Positions 13,402 through 25,999 of a stretch of 64,000 nt of DNA are shown piece by piece (position 1 is the first letter of the stretch; each line of letters starts with the position of its first letter). The notes under the pieces were generated by a model, which had not been told where the DNA came from, did not search any database, and saw only the letters and a list, made by a program, of their open reading frames with translations. Position numbers and translations under genes: made by a program. Source of the stretch: Mobula hypostoma (lineage: Eukaryota); contig NC_086097.1 in assembly GCF_963921235.1 (NCBI RefSeq), forward strand, positions 78,308,001 to 78,372,000. Reading direction: 5' to 3'.

Positions 13402-13956
13402 CACTCAGTAGCCACTTTATTACTGTCACCTGTACATCTGCCCGTTGATGCAAATACCTAATCATCAATTCAAGTAGCAGAAATTCAATGCATAAAAACA
13501 GCAAACATGGTTAAGAGGTTCTGTTGTTGTTCAGACCAAACATCAAAATTGGGAAGAAATGTGATCTAAGTGACTTTGACGGTGGAATGATTGTTGGTGC
13601 CAGATGGGGTGGTTTGAGTATCTCCGAAACTACTGATTTCCTGAGATTTTCATGCACAACAGTCTCTAGAATTTACAGAGAATTGTGCAAAAACAATAAA
13701 ACATCCAGTGAGCAGCAGTTCTGTGGGGGAAATGTCTTGTTAATGAGAGAGATCAGAGGAAAATAGTCAGACTGGTTCAACCTGACAGACAAACGACAGA
13801 AACTCAAATAACAGTGGTGTGCAGAAGAATATCTCTGAATGTACAAACACGTTGAGCCTTAAAGTTGATGGGCTACAACAGCAGAAGACCACAAACATAC
13901 ACTCAGTGGCCACTTTATTAAGTAGAAGAGGTACCTAATAAAGTGGTTGCTGAGTG
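13402..13956 (+). mobile_element. Internally deleted Tc1-family element (MITE-like)
   Basis: TA|cactcagtagccactttatt ... aataaagtggttgctgagtg|TA. Transposase N-terminal HTH remnant GKKCDLSDFDGGMIVGARWGGLSISET. Extra internal TIR copy at ~13898. Confidence 0.85.
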
Positions 13957-14489
13957 TATTTACAGACATTAATATCTTTCATGTCCCAGTGCAATTGCTT
14001 AACACAATTTAGCATTGTTTATGTATGAAGATATATTCATTGAAGCATTTCTGTCTGGAAACCTGGTCTTGATTCATTAATACAGCAGAAATTGGATAAC
14101 ATTTCAACAAAACCTAAGGATGTGCTGGGGGCACCCCATGTGTGGCCACACAATTCTGACACCAATATAGCTTGCCCACAATGCTCTATATGCATTTCTA
14201 AATGCAAAATCAAGCTTACCTTCTGTAGGTAAATGTCTTTTAAAAGCACAGGAAATGATTTAAAGTGAACTAAATTGAATGGCTTAGGGAAGTCAATCTC
14301 TTTTTTAAATTTATTTCTTAAAAAATGTGCAGGCTCTTTTCAGTTGGATGCTACTGGCAGAAATTTGTGGACAAGGTTGACTTTGGGATAAAAGCCACGT
14401 TGAAGATTACAAAGCTTGATCTTAAATAACAATTCATAATTTTTTGCATGAATTCGTTGATTTTGTTTGGAATGCATTGCTAACATAAG

Positions 14490-17400
14490 ATGAGTCATCA
14501 ATTAAAGTAAAGTTGATGAGGGAAAGATAGTGGACATTGTCTACATGGCAAAGTCCCACATGAGAGGCTACTCCATAGGGTTCGGTCACTTGGCGTTGAG
14601 GAAGAAGTAGTACAAAAATACGTGAGATGGTGTTCTACTTCTCTTATTTCAGAGGAAAAAAAAGGTTAAAAAAATGAAGGTAACAATATTCGTTCACTTG
14701 AACATCCGCGTGGTCATCTACGCATGGTGCGGAAAGAGATGGGGAGATCTTAAATTAACTTTATGTATCTGTATTTAGTTGGGAGACAGACACAGACTCT
14801 ATAGAATATATGCTATTTTTAAGGCAAGATGGTAATGATGTCATGGACCATATCTAAATTACAGAAGAGAAGATGCTTGTTGTCATGAGCCAAATTAGAG
14901 TGAGTAAGTCCCCAGGCCTGACAAGATGTTCCCTTGGACCTTGTGGGAGGCCAATGCAGAGATTACAGGGGACCTGGAAGAGGTACTTAAAATGTCCTGA
15001 ACCACAGCTGAGGTGCCAGAGGACTGAAGGATAGCTAATGTTGTTCCATTGTTCAAGATAGTCTTTAAGAATAAACCGGGAATTTTTAGGCTGGTGAGCC
15101 TGACATCAAAGGTGGATAAATTATTGGCAGGCATTTTAAGTGACAGGATTATATAAGTACTTGGAGAGACAAAACCTGATTAGGGATGGTCAACGTGGCT
15201 TTGTGCATGATAAATGATACCTAACCAATGTTATAGAGTTTTTTTAAGGAGGTTACGAAGAAAGTTGATGAAGGGAAGGTAGTGGACGTTGTCTACATGG
15301 ACTTTAGCAAGGCCTTTGACCAAGTCCCGCATGGAAGGTTACTCCAGAAGGATGAAGTAGTAAATTGGATTCAACATTGGTTTAGCAGGAGAAGCCAGAG
15401 AGTGGTAGCAGATGGTTGCCACTCTGACTAGAGGCCTTTGACTAGTGGCGTGCCCCAAAGATGGGTGCTAGGCTCCTTGCTGTTTGTTGTTGATATCAAT
15501 GAATTGGATAATAATGAGGCAAACTGGATCAGCAAATTTGTGGATGACACCCAGATATGGGGTGTAGCGGACAGTAAGGAAAACTATCAAGAAAATGGCA
15601 GATGGAATTTCATGCAGACAAGTGTGAGATGTTGCACTTTAAGAGGACAAACCAGAGTAGACTTATACAGTGAATGGTAGAGCACTGAGAAGTTTCGTAG
15701 GACAAAGGGATCTGGGAATACAGATCTATAATTCCTTGAAAGTGGCATCACAGGTAGATAGGTTCACAGAAAGAGGTTTTGGCCTGAGGCGCTGGAGGGT
15801 TCCTGTGCTGTGGAAGATATCCTGCCTCGTCCCTGTGCCGAAGATGTCGTGCCCCAGCAGTCTCAATGACTACAGACCAGTGGCATTGACCTCCCACATC
15901 ATGAAGACCCTGGAGAGACTTGTTCTGGAGCTGCTCCGGCCTATGGTCAGGCCACACTTAGATCCCCTCCAGTTCGCCTACCAGCCCCGACTAGGAGTTG
16001 AGGATGCCATCGTCTACCTGCTGAACCATGTCTACGCCCACCTGGACAAGCCAGCAAGCACTGTGAGGATCATGTTTTTTGACTTCTCCAGTGCGTTCAA
16101 CACCATCCGCCCTGCTCTGCTGGGGGAGAAGCTGACAGCGATGCAGGTGGAAGCTTCACTGGTGTCATGGATTCTTGATTACCTGACCGGCAGACCACAG
16201 TACGTGTGCTTGCAACGTTGTGTGTCCGACAGAGTGATCAGCAGCACTGGGGCTCCACAGGGGACTGTCTTGACTCCCTTTCTCTTCACCATTTACACCT
16301 CGGACTTCAACTACTGCACAGAGTCTTGTCATCTTCAGAAGTTTTCGGATGACTCTGCCATAGTTGGATGCATCAGCAAGGGAGATGAGGCTGAGTACAG
16401 GGCTACGGTAGGAAACTTTGTCACATGGTGTGAGCAGAATTATCTGCAGTTTAATGTGAAAAAGACTAAGGAGCTGGTGGTAGACTTGAGGAGAGCTAAG
16501 GTACCGGTGACCCCTGTTTCCATCCAGGGGGTCAGTGTGGACATGGAGGAGGATTACAAATACCTGCGGATATGAATTGACAATAAACTGGACTGGTCAA
16601 AGAACACTGAGGCTGTCTACAAGAAGGGTCAGAGCCGTCTCTATTTCCTGAGGAGACTGAGGTCCTTTAATATCTGCCGGACGATGCTGAGGATGTTCTA
16701 CGAGTCTGTGGTGGCCAGTGCGATCACATTTGCTGTTGTGTGCTGGGGCAGCAGGCTGAGGGTAGCAGACACCAACAGAATCAACAAATTCATTCGTAAG
16801 GCCAGTGATGTTGTGGGGATGGAACTGGACTCTCTCATGGTGGTGTCTGAAAAGAGGATGCTGTCCAAGTTGCATGCCATCTTGGACAATGTCTCCCATC
16901 CACTACATAATGTACTGGGTGGGCACAGGAGTACATTCAGCCAGAGACTCATTCCACTGAGATGCAGCACAGAGCGTCATAGGAAGTCATTACTGCCTGT
17001 GGCCATCAAACTTTACAACTCCTCCCTTGGAGGGTCAGACACCCTGAGCCAATAGGCTGGTCCTGGACATTTCCTGGCATAATTTACATATTACTATTTA
17101 ACTATTTATGGTTTTATTACTATTTAATTACTTATGGTGCAACTGTAACGAAAACCAATTTCCCCCGGGATCAATAAAGTATGACTATGACTGTGACTAT
17201 GACTATGATTTGCCTTCACAAATCAGAGTATTAAGTACTGGAGTTGAGATGTTATATTGAAGTTGTTTAAATTGCTGATGAGGCCAAATTTAGAGTATTG
17301 TGTGCAGTTCACCTACCTACAGGAAAGATATCAATAAGATTTAAGGAGTATAGAGAAAATTTACAATGACGTTGCCAACCTGAGTTATAAGGAAAGGTTG

Positions 17401-17820
17401 AATAGATAAGGGCTTTGTACCCTGGAGCATAGAAGGATAAGGGGAGATTTGATCAAGGTATACAAAATTATGAGGGGTATAGATAGGGCAAATACAAGCA
17501 GACTTTTCTCACTGTTCGGGTGAGACTGGAACTAAAAGTTATAGTTCAAAGGCTAAAGGTCAAATATTTAAGGGGAAGCTGGGTGCTAGTTTCTTCACTC
17601 AGGGTGATGTTGCAACTGTGGAACACGCTGCCAGCTGAAGTGGTGGGTTCATGTTTGATTGCAACATTTAAAAGAAATTTGGATAAGTAATTTGGATGGG
17701 AGGTGTATGGAGGGCTATTGTTCAGGAGTAGGTCAATGAGACTAGGCAGAATAACAATTCAGTATGGACTAGATGAATTGAAAAGCCTGTTTTTGTGCTC
17801 TAGTGCTCCATAACTCTAAG
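14490..17820 (+). mobile_element. Degenerate CR1 LINE (RT region to 3' UTR), interrupted by a Rex1 insertion
   Basis: Decayed motifs VYMDFSKAFDQVPH, TSGVPQRWVLGSLLF and KFVDDT. Sequence resumes after ~17207 with the CR1 C-terminal region and 3' UTR. Confidence 0.85.
15785..17207 (+). mobile_element. Rex1/Babar LINE, 5'-truncated, nested in CR1
   Basis: NDYRPVALTSHIMKTLERL, FFDFSSAFNTI, GAPQGTVL and KFSDDSAIVG motifs. One in-frame TGA at 16573-16575; the frame continues to 17055. Ends in aataaag plus (tatgac)n. Confidence 0.95.
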
Positions 17821-19124
17821 GTCCATTTGAACTATTTTTAAATAACACATCATTCTGCCAAATAGTTGTCAGTCAACCAATCAACAATACTTCATTGTAA
17901 TCTTTCAATAAATGTCTAAATATTTAATGCAGCAAGACTGTTAGAGTTAACAAGCTATCTGTAGTAAAGTAGGAATAGATTTAGCATGGTATATGCTGGT
18001 TAAAACTTGACAAAGATGTGCATTAGCAGTATAAAATGCAGCAATGATAAAAAAAACTAGTGAGTCAGTGCGGCAATAAAGATTATCTGAGCAACTCAGG
18101 GTAGTTGGATTCTGAAATATAGATAAAATTTCAGTTGAAAATGAATAAACATGCTGCTCTCAGTAAAAATCATTGAAGTTAATATTTCCAAAGAAATATC
18201 TGCCATTCATAAGAAAATTCACTGATGAACAAGGACTGACGGTAGGCAACTTGTGAATAAAAGCGAGTGCACTGTAAAATTCTAGCACTTTGTAATGTTT
18301 TGTATGCATTATGTCACTGAATTTTATCTCAGATTAATTTGTTGAATAAGGCTGGCATCACATTAACCATAGATTATGCTCACGAATGCTTTGCCTATTA
18401 GAATAGAACTCAGTCTGGGGCTCAGTTAAAACTGGTGCAAATCTTTTCCATGCACTGATGAAGCTTTTGAACATGCCACTGTGAAGATGGCTGGAAGGAC
18501 TTATGGAACCTTTGAACTTGTGTTTTTAAATAATGCTAAGCTTACTAATTTACTGATCCATGGATGATATATGAAGGTACAATGGGCTGGGATAAACTAA
18601 AATAGGGGAGTGTGTGAAAGTGTTTCAACAAATATTATTGGCCAAAAAAGCTAAACTCATTTATTGTTTTAGGAAGGAGTCCACTCATTAAGATATTTAA
18701 TCTCCATTGTCACTTCTGTAAGTATTAACAAAAGAGAATAGTGAAGACAGTAAACATGAACTTCTCTTATATAATCTTATTTTCAAAGAGAAAATCAGTG
18801 GCACTGAAGCAACCTTTATTATCAGACTATATCCAGACTAACTGGAGCATTGTCAGTCTGCGATGTTTAAAGTCAGATACCTCCCTATATCTCTGCATCT
18901 GCAGCATGTGGGAAACTAAAACAACTGTGCATCATCTCAAAGGAAGGTGTCAGATTCATACCAGTTTACATGATGGCTATCTTAATAAGGTTTGAACCTT
19001 GGGATGCAGGTGGATTAGAGACACTGTCTGCTGGTTTTCACCTCTGAGGTTTAGAATTCAAATATTTAAAGAGCTTAATAAGAAGTATACAGGGTGATTT
19101 GGGATTTTGGTAACTGAGCACACA

Positions 19125-19365
19125 CATACATAAATAAATATACACGTACATACAAATAAGTAAATGATTTGAATTGATAAACAGACAACTAGGTAGATAT
19201 ATAGATAGAAAGTCAGATAGACTAAACAACAAATTGGACAGACAGATGACCAGACAGACTAATATTCAATCTGCTTGGCTATTACATCTTTCTACATACA
19301 TCAAATAGATAAAAAGCTTTGGAAAGGACTCAACAGACAGATCCCTCTCTCTGATAGATAGAGAG
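19125..19365. repeat. Degenerate (taga)/(caga)/(taca) microsatellite-like region
   Basis: Imperfect runs of atag, acag and atac units. Confidence 0.5.
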
Positions 19366-20125
19366 AGTTTCAAAGTATTGATAATTAAAATTATGCGAAA
19401 CAACTCAAGTATTTGCTTTTATTTATCTTGTTTTACAAGGTTGGCTTAACTTTGAGGGACTCTCCCTCATCGTGTCAATCTGTCACCATTGAGCTCAATG
19501 ATAAGTCTAGTTAGAGCACATGCTCCACAACTTTACCTAACGAGACCATAGCTGGAGTATTGTGACCAGTGTTGGTCTCCTTTCCAGAGAATGTGAACAA
19601 AGATTTGTCAGTTAGGTCAATTACCCTAGTGTACTGTTGTGTTTAAAATTAATAAGAAGGAATCTCATTGAAACTTAGAGAAGTTGAGAGCAACGCTACA
19701 CTTTCAGGACTCAGGACAATACTTACCAGGAAAAATATTCTTCACTGTTTGGGAGACAAACCTGTGGCATTCTCTAACACAGAAAATGGAAAAGTTAAAT
19801 TGCTGAATGAATGTAATAGGAGTTCTAGAATCCTCTGAACTTCCATGTTTCTAATAAAATGTGTTACTTCACTTTTTCTTATAATCAATGAAAAGACACT
19901 TTCCAGAAAATGAATTTAAATGAAATAAATTCCAGAAATGAATTGATTACAGTTTTAACAACTGCACCAATATATACTTCATGGCGTGCACAAGAAAGGG
20001 CACTAATACCCTATTAACTGGAGAGTAATCTCGTATGTACTGTGACTCACAGCGCATAATAGCCAAGGATTGGATAGAACATTATATTTAGTTCAGTTTA
20101 CTAATCATAAGGATGTGAATTTATC

Positions 20126-20151
20126 TTCTCCAAATCTATAGATTTGGAGAA
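20126..20151. repeat. Perfect 26-bp palindrome
   Basis: ttctccaaatctatagatttggagaa is its own reverse complement. Confidence 0.9.
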
Positions 20152-20214
20152 CAATAGCAAGTTAACAATCTCACACTTCGTTGTTTTTTCTAGGTTTGTA
20201 GAAATAGTTCTGAG

Positions 20215-20870
20215 GGCGGGGGGGAGTTAGGAGCCAGGTTGAACTTTAGGGATGGGGATGTGAGGAAACTGGAATCTAAGAATCCACTCCACATTTGAAT
20301 GCCAGTGACGTGGACGTGGTTGGATGGTGGGATGGCAGACCAGCAAGGACATTCAGGGTCACATCATCAGTGAATCTGGAGTTCAAGGCCTGGAATTCGG
20401 GTCCTCATTTATCGTCATTAGCACATCCTTGGTCAATACGACAGATTGAAGCCCAAGGTTGATCAGAAGCCCAAATCAACTCCCGGAGATTGTTCAGCCT
20501 GAAGATAGATCAGAAGTCCATCAAGGCCCAATGGCCAGAGCCCTGATGCCGCGAATTTCTGCAAGTCCACAGGGGAAGCTGAAGGCCAAATATCTACAAA
20601 GCCACTAGCACGCTGGAGGCTGGAAGCAGAAAATGACCTGCTCTGGGGTTAGAGGGTTGTGTATGTGAATAGGGAAGAATGGGGCTTGTTTCACTTTTGT
20701 TGGTTTGTCACTTGATATGTTCTGTTTTGTTGTGGTCAAAGTGGTTCTGTCAAGCAATGTGGAATGTTCTGTTTACATCAGAATGTGGTGACATCATTGG
20801 TCGTTAATGCAAATTACGCATTGCACTGTATGTTTTGATGTACATGAGATAAATAAATCTGAATCTGAAC
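20215..20870 (+). mobile_element. Degraded non-autonomous retroposon with Rex1-type tail
   Basis: Ends tgcactgtatgttttgatgtacatgagataaataaatctgaatctgaa; the body has no recognisable ORF. Confidence 0.45.
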
Positions 20871-21069
20871 ACTTCCTGAAAGATATATTTCAATGTCACA
20901 AAACAGACTAGAACAGTGCATTAGCCCTCAAAAGTCTGTCTTGTTCTGTCATAAATTCCATACAAATTGCAGGGTCATGGAGGGTCATATATACTCTTGG
21001 AGACCAATGTAAATATTCAGAAGCAACTCCCATTGCCTGCTACAATATCCTTCTTTGTAACAAATGCTT

Positions 21070-21780
21070 AAGGATCAAGAATGACTGGCTTCCACTTCTG
21101 TTCTGTGGGCTCTAAAGTAGTTGGTAAGATCACTGCTGGATCCACATATCCTTCTACGGATAGTTCAAGAGGTGTTTGATAGTATAAGTAGATAAGTGTA
21201 TGGTGAAGCGATCCTTCCTCCATTTGCAGTAGGCCTCTCTGTTCATGATGCATGCCATGGGCTCTCAGTGTCACCTTGAATGTTCCTTCTCAGTTTGTGC
21301 AGGCCAGAGAGTCCCAAGAATCTCATGCAAAGTGAGTGTGTTCCAAGGAATTTTTGAACATATCCTTGAACCTTTTCCTCTCAGAGTACATTGTTTCAGG
21401 AATCCAATGTTGGGCATACAGTACCCTCTGACAATTAAGGTTCTCAGTAAAACCCTGGAAAGTATGGAACTCTTCCCACTTCTCAGTAGCCATGTCTCTG
21501 CAAAATTAAGGTTCAACATTGCCTTCTGTGCATTATAATAGATTTTGGACATGTGAAGAAACAGGTGTTTGAATGTTTAAAACCTCAACCTGGTACAAAA
21601 CTCCTGGTTCATTGGGCAACACCGGAAAGCAGCACCAATGCTGTCTCTGCAAAGTCCAGCCAAAGCATTGGCAATATAAACAAACCAACATGAGCATCCT
21701 CTCCTATACCAATGTCCTCAGCAATGAGAGTTTAAACATACATTGTCAGCTTTGCTGGGCAACAGACATGGCGCGACTGC
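21070..21780. mobile_element. Old RTE LINE with internal inversion
   Basis: Minus 21070-21430 gives RTE C-terminal RKRFKDMFKNSL. Plus 21470-21780 gives the upstream RTE region (KKQVFE, HQCCLCK, QLCWA). Confidence 0.65.
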
Positions 21781-22614
21781 CATTTCTGGCCCTAAGCAAG
21801 CGAAAAGGAAAAATGGCATAGATTGAAATTACTTAAAGTACCTACATACCTCTTTAAAAGGAGAATATGGAAAAATATTCTGATGGCAATCCGTTTACTT
21901 ATAATTGAATACCCTTGGATCTCAACACCTTTGTGAAATTTAAGGAAGCTTGCACGGAATAATACATGCACACAGATGTCATTAGTCCATAAATCTAATA
22001 CCGATAATCTGCTTATATATCCAAAGATGCCCAGGGAATGTAACCATACAAAAGAGCCAGTGAACAAGTAGAGTTCTTTGTACTTTCCAAAACCACCTAT
22101 GGGGATTGTATTTTAGTTTCTATTGGACCCAGGAATCTTACCTTAATGCACACAAAACAATGTTCACCTACTCCTCTATTAGTATCTGGCCTGAAGTCCA
22201 TATCAAAGCTATCTATGACATTTAATCTGCATGTATGGATGCTTTGTATACTTGCTGTATAATGGTGCAGTGCAGTAACAGTGAGAAAAATATCTTGTTT
22301 CCTGAAACTCAGAAGACAAAGGTGTGAGGCAGAAAGGTGAACCTGACACATCATCAAGAAGGCAAGTCCTTCAAAATTCTATCAGTTCATACGATGATTA
22401 TATTTATTTTCTACGTATAGAATATTTTTCAGAATTCATTTGATGAGTTGAAGGTCACTGTTGTGATTTCTTGTTAAGATTTAGTTTGATGTATTTTCTC
22501 TGTAAACTGCTTCAACAATGTTGTATAATTATTACTGTTGCAATTAGATTTAAAGTAATGAAAAGGTTCCTATTCATAGATAATTTTAATAAACAGAAAT
22601 TATGAAATCTCACA

Positions 22615-23031
22615 ATATGCACAAAATGCTGAAGAAACTCCATTCCATGAAGGGGAATAAACAATCGATGTTTTGGACAAGCCACTTCACCAGGACTAGA
22701 AAAGAAAAGGGTAGAAGCCAGAATAAGAAGGTGGGGCAGGGGGGAGGAATTACAAGATGGCAGGAGATAGGTGAGACAAGCTGAGGGGAATGATGGGTGG
22801 GTGGACGAGTGAGGATGATGGAAGAAACTGGGAGGTGATCGGTTGAAGACGTAAAGGACTGAAGAAGAAGGAATCCAATTCCTTCCGTGAACCAAGGAAT
22901 AAAGGGAAGGAGGTTGGGAACCAGGAGGAGGAGATTAACAGGTTATGAGGGTGGGGGAGGAGAAGAGAAGAGATGAGAAGATTTATGTGCATTGCTCAAT
23001 ATTTCCAGCATCTGCAGAATCTCTTGTCTCC
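22615..23031. mobile_element. Penelope-derived element with inverted terminal segment
   Basis: 13-bp TSD atgaaatctcaca (22602-22614 and 23032-23044). Homologous to the Penelope 3' region at 31290-31600; ends with the opposite-orientation terminus atttccagcatctgcagaatctcttgt. Confidence 0.8.
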
Positions 23032-23919
23032 ATGAAATCTCACAGACGTTCTACCAGCCTCCTGATTTAATTCCAGCAGGAACCTCAAAAGACAGCAAGT
23101 ATTCTATGCAACCTATTCTCTTGTCATATTTTAGGGGTATCAGTGGTCTTCCAAGAGAAAACCTTTCAATGCAACATGTATGATAACTATGGCATCCATC
23201 ATGGGCACTTCATTTTCACAGCACTCACATGGACCTTTCTTTCTAGAAAGCTTTCTTTAAAAGTTGCAAATAAAATTGGTTCATTACTTGGAAAATAAAA
23301 GGAAATAAGTTTCAAATAGAGATCTCTGAATTTTAAGGAAATTACAACAAAAGTCAGTTTATTTATTTGACAAACTTATTTTTTACCTGTTAAAATATTT
23401 TGCAATGATATGAGACATCTCATGATCCATAACTATTAAATTTCATCATACATTTGAATAGAAAGCAGCTCTGACGATCTAGATGTAGAAATACTGTACA
23501 TCAGCACTTACTTTGCAAGATAGTGAAAAGAAGATTAAGATGATATAAGCACACTAAGGTCAATCCAAAGAAACCTTACAGTCAGTGTCTACTACCTTAA
23601 TTCAAATAACCTACTAGCACAGAATAACTCATAGTGTGGGCTACATAGGTTTCTTAGAATAACTGCAAACAAAATCTGGCAAGGTGGCAGGTCTTCAAAG
23701 GCTGTAGTTTGTGATAAAAAGTGTTGATGTTTCCAAAGAAAAGTAGATTTAACGGTGACTTGTGGGTAGTAGCCACATCTCTGATGCTGACGATTTAGAG
23801 ATGTGGGATGTGCTAATGATCCTGCCATTGCTTTTCTTGGTGGTAGAGATCATAGTTGAGCAACTGAAGCACATTTTGTCAAAGTAATCCACTGCAATTA
23901 CTGTGCACTGTTTGTCTGG

Positions 23920-24200
23920 ATGGCAGTGGAATAGCTAGTAAAGTTGCTGTCCTACAGTTCCATTGATCCAGATTCATTTCATACCTCTAGTGCAGACTGT
24001 GTGGAAGTTGCAACATTCTCACTGTGATCTCATGAGTAATCCCCAGAATCTCCAATTTCCTTCCAAATCCCAAGGACATACGGGTTGGTAGTTTAAATGG
24101 CCACTGTAAATAGCCAGTAAGTGTGTAGGTATGTCAGGCAATATAAGGGAATTTGAATGTGGGAGAATGGTTACAGAAAATTTTACTGGGATTGATTTTG
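23920..24200 (+). mobile_element. Degenerate V-SINE (HE1-like)
   Basis: V-domain-like tgtgtggaagttgcaacattctcactgtg...tttccttccaaatcccaaggacatacgggttggtagtttaaatggccactgtaaatagcc after a decayed tRNA-like head. Confidence 0.65.
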
Positions 24201-25999
24201 GTCAGTTTCCTGAGCTCAAAGATGTGAGGACACATTTGATAAATGGCAAAAATCTACCCAGTAATGCCTATTGTTCATAAAATTAATGGCATTACGCAAA
24301 AAATCCCAAGAGTGCTGTTTTCAACCAGGTGCAAACAAATTTTGTTTATGAGTTTTTTAGAATGGTATTAGGGAGTTTACTACTGCCATATTAACAGCAG
24401 AAATGACAACAACACACTTCCCCTTGTTTTATGATTGCAAAACATCAAAAACCTTTTTTAACTACAAGAAGTTCACAGGTATCCTTTTTAAAATAACTTA
24501 AATGGTGGAAATCAAATAAGGAAATTGATTAAATTACAAAATAACAATTAGATGACTAAGGGGACAAATTACGTCCCTAAACAGAAGGAAAATATTACTC
24601 TCTTATTCACACAGTAGAATAAGAGATTAAAACTAATCACCATTTAAGACTTTTCACAAATTTCTTTGGAAAAACAACAGCAAATTCCATTGCACTTCCC
24701 TCATTTAACTGCTAAGAACTTTAAGAAGACTACTGGAAAGATGATGTAAACGTTCAATAATAGTTCTGTGCAAAACATATTATGTTATACAAATACCACA
24801 TGCTAAATTCCTTTGGGTGCATTCAGAAGAGTTGTCAAAGAAAAATTGGGAACTTTATCTAATTGTCGGCTAATCCACAACACCTTTGTTTTATGCAGCA
24901 AGTTACAAATTAATTGGGTATTCATTGCAATGGGGAATAAGTAAATCCAGTGTGGAAGATGATCAATTAATGATACCCAAATCAGTTCAAATAGAAGTCA
25001 CTGTACGTAACAGACAAATAAATTATGAACTTGTTTCCTTGAATTAGAATTCACAGCAGTCACTGTTGATAAGAAATGAATCTGGCATGTTATCCAGACA
25101 TGACTCATGATCCACAGCACATTGCGTTCAGATTTGTCTTTTGTCACTCAGTTTGGCCACACATAAACTTACAGCTATGTAGTATCAAGCACTTTCAGAT
25201 AACAAAGAAAAGGAACTACTGGAAATATGAAGTTTCTTTAAGTTTCCATTTAATATTGGATACTTGAAAATGACTTCTAAAAATATGAACTGGAACCAAT
25301 GTCAATTGCAAATCAGAGAGAAATGGAGAGTTTTTCTCTTTGTTTTCTAGCACCAAGCATGAAATAATCAGCAGTTACTTATACTTAACTCCGCATATTA
25401 ATTCCAGAGCTTGCAGAAGTTGAGACCAACTGGCAGCCAAAAGCTTTTAGAGGTCGTAAAAATGAACAAAGCTATACCCCTAAACACTCCCACAAAACTT
25501 TACCAAATATCCATTATAACTCAGTACAACTGAATATGAGAGAAGAGTTGATTGGCTGCAGTCACCACATTAATATAAGACAATATTAATCCTGCATAAC
25601 TTAATAATCTAAAATGGCACAAGGAAAGGAAATGGTAAATCAAGACAAGAATCTGTAACAGGATCAAACTGATGGCCAAAATATTCCAATGATAATTGTA
25701 AAGGAAATAGAAGTTACCTGAAAATATTTCATACAAATCTCCCCATTTAAAACCTTTTAGTGTTCAGTATAGTTAGATCAAATATAAATAATAAACATGC
25801 AAGAGCATAAGGATCACAGAAATGGTAATAAGATGTATGTCCTTCAAGCTTGTTCGAACAGTCAATAAAATTAAAGTTGTTTTAACTTCTAAGCTTGCTC
25901 CATCTAGGTCTCAAGATGTGACAGCTATCATCCTTTTTTATTACTTTCCATTCATGTCCTTGACATTTTAATTATGAATACACATGAACTCTAAGACTC

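Noticed and set aside
14044..14236. Open plus-strand frame ending at AG|gtaaat
   Set aside because: Weak acceptor, no recognisable homology and no supporting neighbouring exons.
15670..16575. 301-aa ORF as a host or novel RT gene
   Set aside because: It is a chimera of CR1 sequence and the inserted Rex1.
25320..25460. Acceptor-like tttttctctttgttttctag
   Set aside because: All three downstream frames stop before a plausible donor.
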